Origin: Puniceicoccales bacterium | GTDB taxonomy: Bacteria > Verrucomicrobiota > Verrucomicrobiia > Opitutales > JAIRKQ01 | Direction of reading: 5' to 3' | DNA length: 57,969 nucleotides | Assembly (NCBI GenBank): GCA_031268375.1 | Contig: JAIRXJ010000017.1 | Coordinates: 1 to 57,969, forward strand | Shown here: positions 28,946 through 38,003 of the stretch, one piece after another | How positions within the stretch are numbered: the first letter of the stretch is position 1 | Layout of the letters: every line of letters begins with the position of its first letter | Notes under the pieces: model-generated | The model's input: the letters and a program-made list of their open reading frames with translations, nothing else | Told to the model about the DNA's origin: nothing | The model's database searches: none | Position numbers and translations under genes: made by a program

Positions 28946-29026
28946 ACCACACGGAACCAAAGATAGACATTCATTTTGGCAAAAAAACTCTGGAATTGGC
29001 ATTGAAAACCACAGAGATAATCAACC
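28946..29026 (+). repeat. 81-bp direct repeat, copy 2 (non-coding copy abutting the ddl stop)
   Basis: Same as copy 1, with 5 substitutions and no indels. In the oxidoreductase frame it would encode EPKIDIHFGKKTLELALKTTEIIN. Confidence 0.9.
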
Positions 29027-30085
29027 CCGCCCATCCATGGAATTACTTTTTGCCTTTCTGTCTGCGGCTAAATTTATCAATGCGGAAATAAGTGCCGGTA
29101 GATCTATGCCGGCAGCGCTTGCACTCATTGGATAGAAACTGTTTTGTGTCATCCCGGGAATCGTATTGATTTCTAAAAAAAAGACCTTTCCGGTATTTTT
29201 TTGGAATAAAAAGTCAACCCTGGCCCAATCCCTGCATCCACAACATTTAAACGCCATTTCACAATACCGTTTTACCATATTTTTAGTATCTTCGGGAATT
29301 CTTGCGGGACATATTTTACTGGAATACCCTGGCGTATACTTATTCCTATAGTCCAAAAAGCCATATTTCGGCAAAATTTCCACAATTTCAAGTGCTTTGC
29401 CATCAAGAATGGCCACCGTTAAGTCTATCCCATCTATCCTACGTTCTGCGATATACTCCATATTTTCGTTTAACCTGTGAATGGTCAAACCCAGTTCCAT
29501 TTCTGACGAAATGACATGGGTGCCTATGCTACTACCTTTGGCATTTGGTTTTATAAATAAGTTATGTCCAAGCGTATTGCTAATCAAGTGGGACGAAGGA
29601 ACATTTGCTGGAACAAATTTTATACCATCGATCACGGGAATTCCCGCCTCTGAAACGATTTGCTTTGTGAGAGATTTGTTCATGCATAGTGCACTGGCCT
29701 TCGAATCACTCCCGATGAAGGTCAAATCTTCCGCTTCCATGGCAGCTTGCAAACCACCGTCTTCCATAAATTCCCCATGGGCAACAGGGAAAATTATGGC
29801 ATCCTTTGAAATTGCTTCCTCTGGCAGTTTGTCCCGGCTAAGGACAATTTCTGTTGTTGGTAGGATATTTTGACACACCTGGCATACCGTCTCGCTAGAC
29901 AGCAGTGATATTTCTTTTTCCGACGATGAATATCCACCGGTTAAAATTATTACCTCTCGGGCATATTTCCTATTTATCATTTTGCCTATTCTTGCCATTT
30001 GCCACTCGCATGTCGACTTATTTCTGAAAATTTCATCCCCGCCAATGATTTCCGTTTGCATAGGGACAATAATCATTCCCCACAT
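29021..30085 (-). CDS. ddl: D-alanine--D-alanine ligase
   Basis: ILTGGYSSSEKEISLLS, HGEFMEDGGLQAAME, SALCMNKSLTK, KPNAKGSSIG, FLEINTIPGMT. The likely true start is internal (MINRKY at 29980 or MARIGK at 29998). Confidence 0.85.
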   Translation of the reverse strand: MWGMIIVPMQTEIIGGDEIFRNKSTCEWQMARIGKMINRKYAREVIILTGGYSSSEKEISLLSSETVCQVCQNILPTTEIVLSRDKLPEEAISKDAIIFPVAHGEFMEDGGLQAAMEAEDLTFIGSDSKASALCMNKSLTKQIVSEAGIPVIDGIKFVPANVPSSHLISNTLGHNLFIKPNAKGSSIGTHVISSEMELGLTIHRLNENMEYIAERRIDGIDLTVAILDGKALEIVEILPKYGFLDYRNKYTPGYSSKICPARIPEDTKNMVKRYCEMAFKCCGCRDWARVDFLFQKNTGKVFFLEINTIPGMTQNSFYPMSASAAGIDLPALISALINLAADRKAKSNSMDGRG

Positions 30086-30106
30086 TTTTGGGAGAAATGA
30101 TGCGGT

Positions 30107-30769
30107 TTATGGGAATAATAGGCCAGCACTTTTGGTCGAATCATCGTCCACGTAGGGCAAGCTAGCCACGGTGCACAGGGAAAATATCCATCGAAAAAAT
30201 GCCAATTGATGCCGCCTTTTGTCACGTTTTAGGCGTATGGTTTTTTCCTTACCTATTGTTAGGGACAAACGTTCATCGAATTCTTTTTCGAATGCATCAA
30301 TGGATTCCTTCTGCAACGCACGAAAAGATTTTTTGAAAACGGGAAATTTGACGTCCATCATTTTATTTTTTTCTATCGAGCGATTCGCGAAATCCTTGTC
30401 GAGCGTCTTGGATGAACCCTTTGGTATTTCTGCCAAAGGAGAAAGAGGGTATATTGCAATGCTTGGCCCACCATCCTTAAATACTTTTGGAAGGGACTCC
30501 AGTATCAGATTGTTTGCTTCGATGCTAAATTGTTCATCTTTCCACAAACGTTCCAACACTTGTAAAGATATTTTTTCCACGGACTGAATAACTGCCCCTT
30601 CCACAATAGGGAAGACTTTAGCAACTGGAACACAAAAGACAATATATTTTTCCTCCCAAGTATGTGGAACTGTACAATCAATGTAAATTTTAGGAGAATT
30701 AGGGAATGTAGTGATCGAGTAACACCTATTATTGTAATAAAAAGTTGTCTTTTGGATAAAAAGTGACAA
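30107..30769 (-). CDS. Hypothetical protein upstream of ddl
   Basis: 220-aa ORF, 21 nt upstream of the ddl ORF on the same strand. C-terminal hydrophobic stretch FFRWIFSLCTVASL. No motif recognised. Confidence 0.45.
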   Translation of the reverse strand: MSLFIQKTTFYYNNRCYSITTFPNSPKIYIDCTVPHTWEEKYIVFCVPVAKVFPIVEGAVIQSVEKISLQVLERLWKDEQFSIEANNLILESLPKVFKDGGPSIAIYPLSPLAEIPKGSSKTLDKDFANRSIEKNKMMDVKFPVFKKSFRALQKESIDAFEKEFDERLSLTIGKEKTIRLKRDKRRHQLAFFRWIFSLCTVASLPYVDDDSTKSAGLLFP

Positions 30770-30824
30770 TGATTATTCTCACCTTCAATGCGAATAAATA
30801 CAAATTGTTGGGAACATATTCAGT

Positions 30825-32060
30825 ATGGTGTTTATATTGATTTTGGCTGCAATTGGGGCAATTTTTGTTGCATTTAATAATGGAGCAAATGATGTCGCAA
30901 ATGCGTTTGCTTCAGCCGTAGGGGCCAAGGCTCTAAAGATCAAACATGCACTTCTAATCGCTGCTATCCTAAATTTTTTCGGAGCAATATTGCTAGGGGC
31001 CAACGTTTCCAAAACACTAATCGATGGCGTTGTGGATATTGGCTGTTTCCATGACAAAAATGCCTACATTGCGGGGATGTTGGCGTGCATGGTTGCTACG
31101 GGTAGTTTCGTTCTCATATCCACCCGTACCGGATTGCCGGTAAGCTCAACCCATTCCATCGTCGGGGGGATGATAGGCATTGCCATCACTTTGGGAGGTA
31201 TTGGAGCTGTCAAGTGGAAATGGTTCGGTCTATTGACCCTATCGTGGATATGTACACCATTTTTAGCAGCTGCATGTTCGCTAGTCACCATAAAGTTAAT
31301 AAAACTGACAATTTATCGGGGAGAAAGCTCCAAGGTTATGCAACGGGCATGCAATTGGATCCCTACCTACGCCAGTGTAATTGTCATTGCACTAATCATT
31401 GCCATAGTGAGAGGTTGGAAAAATTGTATTCATCCGCACTGGGCCTTGGGTATATTATTGCTGATTTTCCCAATACTGTACATAATATTTAGGATCATAA
31501 CACATAGTTTAACCATAAAATTCAAAAATAGGGAATTTGGCGTTGAACATGTTTTTAGGCGTTTTCAAGCAGGTACTTCCTGCTTGATAGGGTTTGCCAT
31601 AGGATCGAATGATGTTGCAAATAGTGTCACTCCGGTCATTGCCATATATTTTGTTACAAAGCTTGGCATGCTCCCGGATTCATTTGCCGACCATACCATC
31701 CCCATTTGGATGCTTGCGGTTGGGGGGGTTGGAATGTCGATGGGGGTTTTATCCCTTGGCCATAAGGTTATCAATACGATGGGACACAGCATCACGTTGC
31801 TATCAAATTCCAAAGGTTTTAGCGTCGATTTTTCGACTGCCACAACGATCATCCTGGCATCCGTTTTCGGAATGCCGGTTAGCTCTACCCATGCTGCAAC
31901 CGGTGCTGTTATCGGGGTAGGATTGGACAAAGGTCTCAAGGGGCTGAACCTGCAGTTGCTTTTTACAATATTTGTCACATGGCTTATAACCGTACCCATA
32001 TCCGCCATTTTCACGATTTTAATATATTTTATTCTTAGGGCCGTATTACCGCTGGTCTAA
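30825..32060 (+). CDS. Inorganic phosphate transporter, PiT family
   Basis: Duplicated PiT signature: NGANDVANAFASAVGAKAL near the N-terminus and GSNDVANSVTPV in the second half. Multi-pass. Confidence 0.85.
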   Translation: MVFILILAAIGAIFVAFNNGANDVANAFASAVGAKALKIKHALLIAAILNFFGAILLGANVSKTLIDGVVDIGCFHDKNAYIAGMLACMVATGSFVLISTRTGLPVSSTHSIVGGMIGIAITLGGIGAVKWKWFGLLTLSWICTPFLAAACSLVTIKLIKLTIYRGESSKVMQRACNWIPTYASVIVIALIIAIVRGWKNCIHPHWALGILLLIFPILYIIFRIITHSLTIKFKNREFGVEHVFRRFQAGTSCLIGFAIGSNDVANSVTPVIAIYFVTKLGMLPDSFADHTIPIWMLAVGGVGMSMGVLSLGHKVINTMGHSITLLSNSKGFSVDFSTATTIILASVFGMPVSSTHAATGAVIGVGLDKGLKGLNLQLLFTIFVTWLITVPISAIFTILIYFILRAVLPLV

Positions 32061-32064
32061 AATC

Positions 32065-34296
32065 ATGGGACGTCTTTGTGCAGAGGTTCTAACGTTTGGA
32101 ATGTTCGATGGTCCATTGTTGTACGCAATTCCTCGGGAATTGGAAAATATTTTGACCGGTGGTATGCTCGTCATGATACCATTTGGACGAACAAAAACAT
32201 TGGGCATTATCCTTCGTACTTGCCAAGCGGACCCAGATAAATCATCGTTTCAGGTAAAGGAAATTCTAAACGTTGAATATGAGTTTCCTTTGCTCGGTGC
32301 GGACATGATAAAATTGATATTTTGGATGCACAAATACTATGCGGTGTCGTATAAGTCCCTACTGGAAACCGTTATCCCCCTGGCCATAAGAAAAAATATC
32401 GGGTTCAAATTTGTGCCAAAGTTTTCCCTGATAAAAACTTTACCCAAAGAAGATTGTGAAGTGCTGAAACACCGTTCTCCAAAGCAATACGCACTATATG
32501 AATTTTTACTAAAATCCAACGGCATGTTTGAAAAATCAGCACTGAAAAATTTTTCAACCTCTGCCATCAATTCTTTGGTCGACAAGGGGATCGTCGGGAA
32601 GACTTTTGAACGGGCCAATCACATTGTCTACGCCGATCAAACACTTGGAGAAAGCGGGAACAATAGGAAAGATATAATTTTGACGACTGAACAGCAAAAT
32701 GTTGTTACCCATATCGCCCAGAGCCTGGCCAAGGAGGAATTTTGCACACACTTGATACATGGCATTACGGGTTCTGGAAAGACGGAAGTTTATTTGCATG
32801 CCATAGAAAATGTCCTAAAGTCAGGCGGTGATGCAATTTATTTGGTTCCGGAACTCACCCTAACACCGCAAACGGTCCGCCGCATCAGGTGCGGTGTAAA
32901 TCTGCCCGCCGCTCAAGTTGTGGTTTGGCATAGTGGGCTATCCGAAGGAGAACGCCGTGATGCCTGGTTGGCAATGGCCAACGGTGAAGCAAAAATTGTT
33001 ATTGGGGCACGCTCGGCAATATTTGCTCCCCTTAAAAATACCAAGATAATCATCGTCGATGAAGAACATGAAACGACATATAAACAGGCAGAAACTCCCC
33101 GTTACCATGCTCGTGACGTTGCGGTCTACCGTGCCAAATTGTGCAATGCTATCTGTATCTTGGGGTCCGCAACGCCATCCGTCGAATCCCTATACAATGC
33201 ATCGGTACGGAAGTATAAACTGAATAGGTTGAAAAATAGGATCGATGGTAGTACATTGCCCAGGATTGAAGTGGTCGACATGCACCATGAATATTCTATG
33301 GGGAAAGCAAACATTATTTCATCGCGGCTGCGGGAGTTGGTGGAAGATCGCCTAGAAAAGCATGAGCAGGTCATTTTATTTCTCAATAGACGGGGATATT
33401 CGTCGGTGGTGTTTTGCAAAAATTGTGACTACGTTGCCACTTGCCCGCATTGTAGCACTTCCTTGACATACCATAGGCAGCAAAATGTTTTGCGGTGCCA
33501 CATATGCAATTACATCGAAAGCTTACCATCCAAATGTCCTAAATGCGGAGGATATGACATTTTACAAAGTGGTGTGGGAACCCAAAAACTTATGGGCGTT
33601 ATTTGTACACTGTTTCCGCTAGCCAAAGTTGAACGCCTCGATTCCGATACCACGACGACGAAGGATAGTTTTTTCAAAATTTTGAACCGTTTTAGGGATG
33701 GGGAAATTGATGTTTTGGTTGGTACGCAAATGATATCCAAGGGATTGGATTTTCCGAATGTGTCACTGGTGGGTATTATTAATGGGGACAACGCCATGAA
33801 TTTCCCCGATTTTCGGACAAATGAGAGAGCTTTTCAATCGATCATTCAAGTGTCAGGGCGGGCAGGTCGTGGAAATAAGCCTGGAATCGTTGTGATACAG
33901 ACCAATTTCCCATCCTCGGATCTGATCAAATTAGCGGTCAAAAACGATGTGGAATCTTTTTTGAAAAATGAACTAATATCCCGCAGCGAATTCTTCTATC
34001 CACCATTTTCCCACATTATCCGGCTAATTTTTTCCGGAAAAAATGAAGTAAAGACGGAATTTTTAGCAAAAAAAATTTGCGATGATTTGCGAAAACGATC
34101 CCATGGCCTATTTGAACTTCGAGGGCCAGCCCCAGCCGTAATATATAAGGTGAAGGACCGCTTCCGTTTTTCTTCCATGTGTTTTTCAAAAAATGTGGCC
34201 ACGGCTTTGGAAAAAATCCACGAAAGCGTAGAAGTTTTCAAAAATGCAAAGGATGCTACTTGGACCATCGACGTGGACCCCGTCGATATGGGGTAG
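32065..34296 (+). CDS. priA: Primosomal protein N-prime (replication restart helicase)
   Basis: Walker A HGITGSGKTEVY, DEEH box IIIVDEEHE, and Cys-rich zinc module CKNCDYVATCPHCSTSLTYH...CHICNY...CPKCGG. Confidence 0.9.
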   Translation: MGRLCAEVLTFGMFDGPLLYAIPRELENILTGGMLVMIPFGRTKTLGIILRTCQADPDKSSFQVKEILNVEYEFPLLGADMIKLIFWMHKYYAVSYKSLLETVIPLAIRKNIGFKFVPKFSLIKTLPKEDCEVLKHRSPKQYALYEFLLKSNGMFEKSALKNFSTSAINSLVDKGIVGKTFERANHIVYADQTLGESGNNRKDIILTTEQQNVVTHIAQSLAKEEFCTHLIHGITGSGKTEVYLHAIENVLKSGGDAIYLVPELTLTPQTVRRIRCGVNLPAAQVVVWHSGLSEGERRDAWLAMANGEAKIVIGARSAIFAPLKNTKIIIVDEEHETTYKQAETPRYHARDVAVYRAKLCNAICILGSATPSVESLYNASVRKYKLNRLKNRIDGSTLPRIEVVDMHHEYSMGKANIISSRLRELVEDRLEKHEQVILFLNRRGYSSVVFCKNCDYVATCPHCSTSLTYHRQQNVLRCHICNYIESLPSKCPKCGGYDILQSGVGTQKLMGVICTLFPLAKVERLDSDTTTTKDSFFKILNRFRDGEIDVLVGTQMISKGLDFPNVSLVGIINGDNAMNFPDFRTNERAFQSIIQVSGRAGRGNKPGIVVIQTNFPSSDLIKLAVKNDVESFLKNELISRSEFFYPPFSHIIRLIFSGKNEVKTEFLAKKICDDLRKRSHGLFELRGPAPAVIYKVKDRFRFSSMCFSKNVATALEKIHESVEVFKNAKDATWTIDVDPVDMG

Positions 34297-34298
34297 CA

Positions 34299-35267
34299 TT
34301 AATGTTTATAGGTGTCGTGGAGGCGTAGCAGTCCAACGACCTTGGGTTTTCCGCCAGCGGTGTCTTTTGCCATTGCGGGAAGAACGGATATTTGTGACGG
34401 ACCATTCTCCATGATCTGCAATGCTTCCCCCACATAGCTGTCAGCTTCTATGTATTTGGGGGATGATGTCATTATGTCTTTTGCCCTAATCCTTTGGAAA
34501 GATTCATCTTCCTTCAAAGAACGGCGAATGTCACCTTCCGTTACTAGACCCGATAAAATATCATCTCGGTCTATAACCAAAGCTGCTCCTAGCGGAAACT
34601 CCGTCATAGCAATTACAATTTCGCACAGTGTGCTATCGGATTTTATAACGGCACAGGATGGCAGGGGCGACATCACATCTTTTACTTTTAGGAGAAGGTT
34701 CCTTCCAAGTTGTCCTGCGGGATGAAAAGTTGCAAAATCTTGCTTGGAAAAGGACCGGCGGGACATTAATTCGGCTGCAATGGCATCTCCGATTGCCAAA
34801 CTGACGATGGCGCTGGTCGTAGGAACCATTTGTAGGGGGTCCGCCTCCTTGGCAAAGGAAATATCAATCACAACGTCGGATGATTTGGCAATGGGAGAAC
34901 TAGTATTTCCCACGATGGAAATGATCTTGGACTCAAATTTTTTCAAAACTGGAATTAGGCAGAGTATTTCATCCGTAGTACCGCTTTTTGACAGTAAAAG
35001 TGTGGGGTCGCCGGGGGAATAAACCCCCAAATCCCCATGGGCACCTTCGGCGGGATGTAGAAATACGGAGGGTTGTCCGGTGCTGGTAAAGGTGGCAGCT
35101 ATCTTTTTGGCGATGTGTCCCGATTTCCCCATTCCACAAATAATGGTCTTCCCCCTATGATTTAGCAAAATTTCAATCGCTTTGCCAAAACCTTCATCCA
35201 AAACTTTGGCAGCATGCCCTATGGCATAACTTTCCGCCATTAACAAATCTTTTGCTGCTAGAAACAC
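34299..35267 (-). CDS. kpsF: Arabinose-5-phosphate isomerase (SIS + tandem CBS domains)
   Basis: SIS motif ICGMGKSGHIAKKIAATFTSTGQPS, C-terminal CBS pair, 322 aa. Confidence 0.85.
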   Translation of the reverse strand: MFLAAKDLLMAESYAIGHAAKVLDEGFGKAIEILLNHRGKTIICGMGKSGHIAKKIAATFTSTGQPSVFLHPAEGAHGDLGVYSPGDPTLLLSKSGTTDEILCLIPVLKKFESKIISIVGNTSSPIAKSSDVVIDISFAKEADPLQMVPTTSAIVSLAIGDAIAAELMSRRSFSKQDFATFHPAGQLGRNLLLKVKDVMSPLPSCAVIKSDSTLCEIVIAMTEFPLGAALVIDRDDILSGLVTEGDIRRSLKEDESFQRIRAKDIMTSSPKYIEADSYVGEALQIMENGPSQISVLPAMAKDTAGGKPKVVGLLRLHDTYKH

Positions 35268-35318
35268 TTTAAAAATCCCTAAAAAATAATACCTTTAGGG
35301 CGAGACAAATGTTCTTAA

Positions 35319-36809
35319 ATGTTTTTAAAAGATTTGACTTTCAATTTGTGGAGAAGTATTTTAGCTAGGATGGTGGTCATCGAGAAGTTTTTTCGTAAGT
35401 TATGCAATCCATTCTTGGTGAGTGTATCCATGGGGTTACTCGCTGGATGTAGTACCATCGACAGTGGAATATCGAAAAAGGATGATGTCTTTTGGGACCC
35501 ACCAGCCAAAGAAAGTCAAGCGAAGCAACGACAATTGCAAAAATACAGCAATACCAGTTTTGCCCCAAACTCATCTGATTCGGCATTGGATTTGCCGATG
35601 CTGCTTGATGTTGCATTTGAAAATAATCCATCCACGAAGAAAAGTTGGCAGGCGGCCCGCATAGCAGCAGCACAAAGCGGGAAAGCAGCCAGCATCTTTT
35701 TCCCAAAAATAACAATGTCCGGTGTAACAGAGAAATCGGAGACAAATACTCTCGGGTCGAAAAATTCCGCAACGGCGTTTTATCCGGCCATTGAAATACA
35801 ATACTCCATCTTCCAATTCGGAGGACATTCCAAATATGCGAATGCGGCCAGACAATTGCTCTATGCCGCAAATTATCAGCATAATCGGGCCCTGCAAACT
35901 TTAGCATATGAAGTGCAGAGGTGTTATTTTGCATTGGATTCTGCAGAAGAAACGGTCGAAGCCAGTCAAAGGAATTTGGACGATGCATTTGTGGCATACG
36001 ATTCCGCCTTCATAAAAAATCAGGCCGGATTATCCAACATTCAGGATTTTTTACAGGCGAAAGCCAATAGGTCGCGTGCGGAATTTGACCTTGAAAATGC
36101 CAAGGCACACGTCGAGCTAGCCCGGGCAAACTTGGCAGTTGCAATAGGAGTACCAGTTTCTGAAGCCATACGAATCGTTCAATCCAATGATGAAAATGAC
36201 ATTGGCGACTTGGACATTGACATTCAAGATCTAATAGCCGGAGCAATGCAAATGCGGCAGGATATGTTAGCCCAATATTCGGTCGTTACGGCCAAAAAGG
36301 ATATGACATGGACTAGTTCCTCAAAACTGTTGCCTGAATTGGTTGTCGGTGGGGCTGGCAATAGGAAGTGGCTTCGCGGTGAAGATACACATTTTAATAA
36401 TTTTAATATCTATGCATCCCTGCGGTGGACCGTATTCGATGGATTTAATAACATGTATGATGTTATTGAAGCACGGGCTGCCTTGAGAAGTGCTGAACAG
36501 GAACTAAAACGAATGCAACTGGCCATCGCTTCCGACGTTTGGGCAAAATATTATGCGTTCAAGTCTGCCATAAAACAGCTTAGCGCTGCGAGGAACTATG
36601 AACAATCTGCCCAGGAGTCCTTTGACTCTATCATAATCGCATATAAGGAAGGGCTGTCTTCATTTGGTGATCTAATGGCAGCACAAACCCAATTGGCATC
36701 GGCTAGGAAACAGACGGTGGTGTCGAAAAATAATTTGGCGGTGGCAGTGATTGAGTTAGCCTATGCCGTAGGAATAGTAAATTTTGAGAGTAAAAATAAT
36801 ATACAATAA
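35319..36809 (+). CDS. Outer membrane efflux lipoprotein (TolC/NodT family)
   Basis: Lipobox LLAGCS (the likely start is the internal M at 35370). Two OEP-type repeats (LDVAFENNPSTKKSWQ...). First gene of the efflux operon. Confidence 0.8.
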   Translation: MFLKDLTFNLWRSILARMVVIEKFFRKLCNPFLVSVSMGLLAGCSTIDSGISKKDDVFWDPPAKESQAKQRQLQKYSNTSFAPNSSDSALDLPMLLDVAFENNPSTKKSWQAARIAAAQSGKAASIFFPKITMSGVTEKSETNTLGSKNSATAFYPAIEIQYSIFQFGGHSKYANAARQLLYAANYQHNRALQTLAYEVQRCYFALDSAEETVEASQRNLDDAFVAYDSAFIKNQAGLSNIQDFLQAKANRSRAEFDLENAKAHVELARANLAVAIGVPVSEAIRIVQSNDENDIGDLDIDIQDLIAGAMQMRQDMLAQYSVVTAKKDMTWTSSSKLLPELVVGGAGNRKWLRGEDTHFNNFNIYASLRWTVFDGFNNMYDVIEARAALRSAEQELKRMQLAIASDVWAKYYAFKSAIKQLSAARNYEQSAQESFDSIIIAYKEGLSSFGDLMAAQTQLASARKQTVVSKNNLAVAVIELAYAVGIVNFESKNNIQ

Positions 36810-36822
36810 TAGTTAATAGATA

Positions 36823-38001
36823 ATGAAAGTTTTGAAAAATTTTTATGTGTTAATGGCATCAATGTGCCTGATGCTTATGGGTGGATGTGGACGGGGGAAA
36901 CAGGCAGTACGTCCTCCGACGCCGGTGGTATCAGCAAAAGTGACAGTTGCGGATCTTCCTCTTTACATCGAAGCCATTGGAAGCTGCGTGGCATCTGAAT
37001 CGGTTGCCATTGTCCCCCAGGTTAGTGGCCAAATAGTCGCCGTAAACTTTAGGCAAGGGCAAAAGGTAGAGGTTGGCGATCCTTTGTATGCGATAGACTC
37101 GCGCGTATACGAAGAAAATTTGAAGAAGGCGGAAGCTCAACTGATGGCCGCTACAGCGAAAATGAAGGTCGATATTGCACAGCTGGAACGTTCAAAGGTG
37201 CTGGTCCCGCAGAATTATATTGCCCAACAGCAGTATGAAGCATATGGGATGCAGGTGGAACAAGATATCGCCAGTGTTGACGTGGCAAATACACAGGTTG
37301 CACAGGCGAAGATCGACGTAGAACATTGCAATGTAGTGTCTCCCATAAACGGTATTGCCGGGGCATATCTGGTGGATGTCGGAAATGTCGTTGGGGCGAT
37401 GTCCATCAATAAACCACTGGTAACCGTAGAGAATGTTGATCAATTGTACGTTGAATTCAGCATATCCGAGAATGATTTCTATGATTTACAAAAGTTTTTC
37501 AACCTCGAAGAAGGAAGTTTAAAAATGGAAGTTTCCCCGATTTCGAACGATGGTGTCAAGGGGGAAGCATACGTTGATTTTATCAATAATTCCATAGATA
37601 GGAAAACGGGTTCCATAAAGCTCAGGGCGTTGATGGAAAATCCTGAATACAAATTTTGGCCAGGGCAATCCGTGCGTACCAAACTTTTGCTAACCGTAGC
37701 AAAAGATTCGGTTTTAGTCCCCGCAGAAGCCGTAAAACTTGGACAACAGGGCCGGTATGTTTTTGTAATTAAAGAAGATAAGTCGGTTGAATTTCGACTG
37801 GTGGAAATCGGACAAATACACGGAGCCATGCTGGTGATTAAAAATGGGGTTAGTGAGGGAGAAACCATAGTCATGAGAGGGCAATTGATGTTGGCTCCTG
37901 GGATGAAGGTCATAGAAATGCCCGATACGCAACCCAACTTTTTTGAAGAAAATTTAGAAAAAAATAGGAAAATTGCGGAGAAAAACCCAACGACCAAGTA
38001 A
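36823..38001 (+). CDS. RND efflux membrane fusion protein (AcrA/HlyD family)
   Basis: Lipobox LMGGCG. Lipoyl-like motif VSGQIVAVNFRQGQKVEVGDPLYAID and coiled-coil segment. Confidence 0.85.
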   Translation: MKVLKNFYVLMASMCLMLMGGCGRGKQAVRPPTPVVSAKVTVADLPLYIEAIGSCVASESVAIVPQVSGQIVAVNFRQGQKVEVGDPLYAIDSRVYEENLKKAEAQLMAATAKMKVDIAQLERSKVLVPQNYIAQQQYEAYGMQVEQDIASVDVANTQVAQAKIDVEHCNVVSPINGIAGAYLVDVGNVVGAMSINKPLVTVENVDQLYVEFSISENDFYDLQKFFNLEEGSLKMEVSPISNDGVKGEAYVDFINNSIDRKTGSIKLRALMENPEYKFWPGQSVRTKLLLTVAKDSVLVPAEAVKLGQQGRYVFVIKEDKSVEFRLVEIGQIHGAMLVIKNGVSEGETIVMRGQLMLAPGMKVIEMPDTQPNFFEENLEKNRKIAEKNPTTK

Positions 38002-38003
38002 AT

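Noticed and set aside
35377-35997. 206-aa minus-strand ORF (and similar ones at 37479..37997 and 39167..39547)
   Set aside because: They are antisense ORFs embedded in the well-supported OMF, MFP and RND genes.
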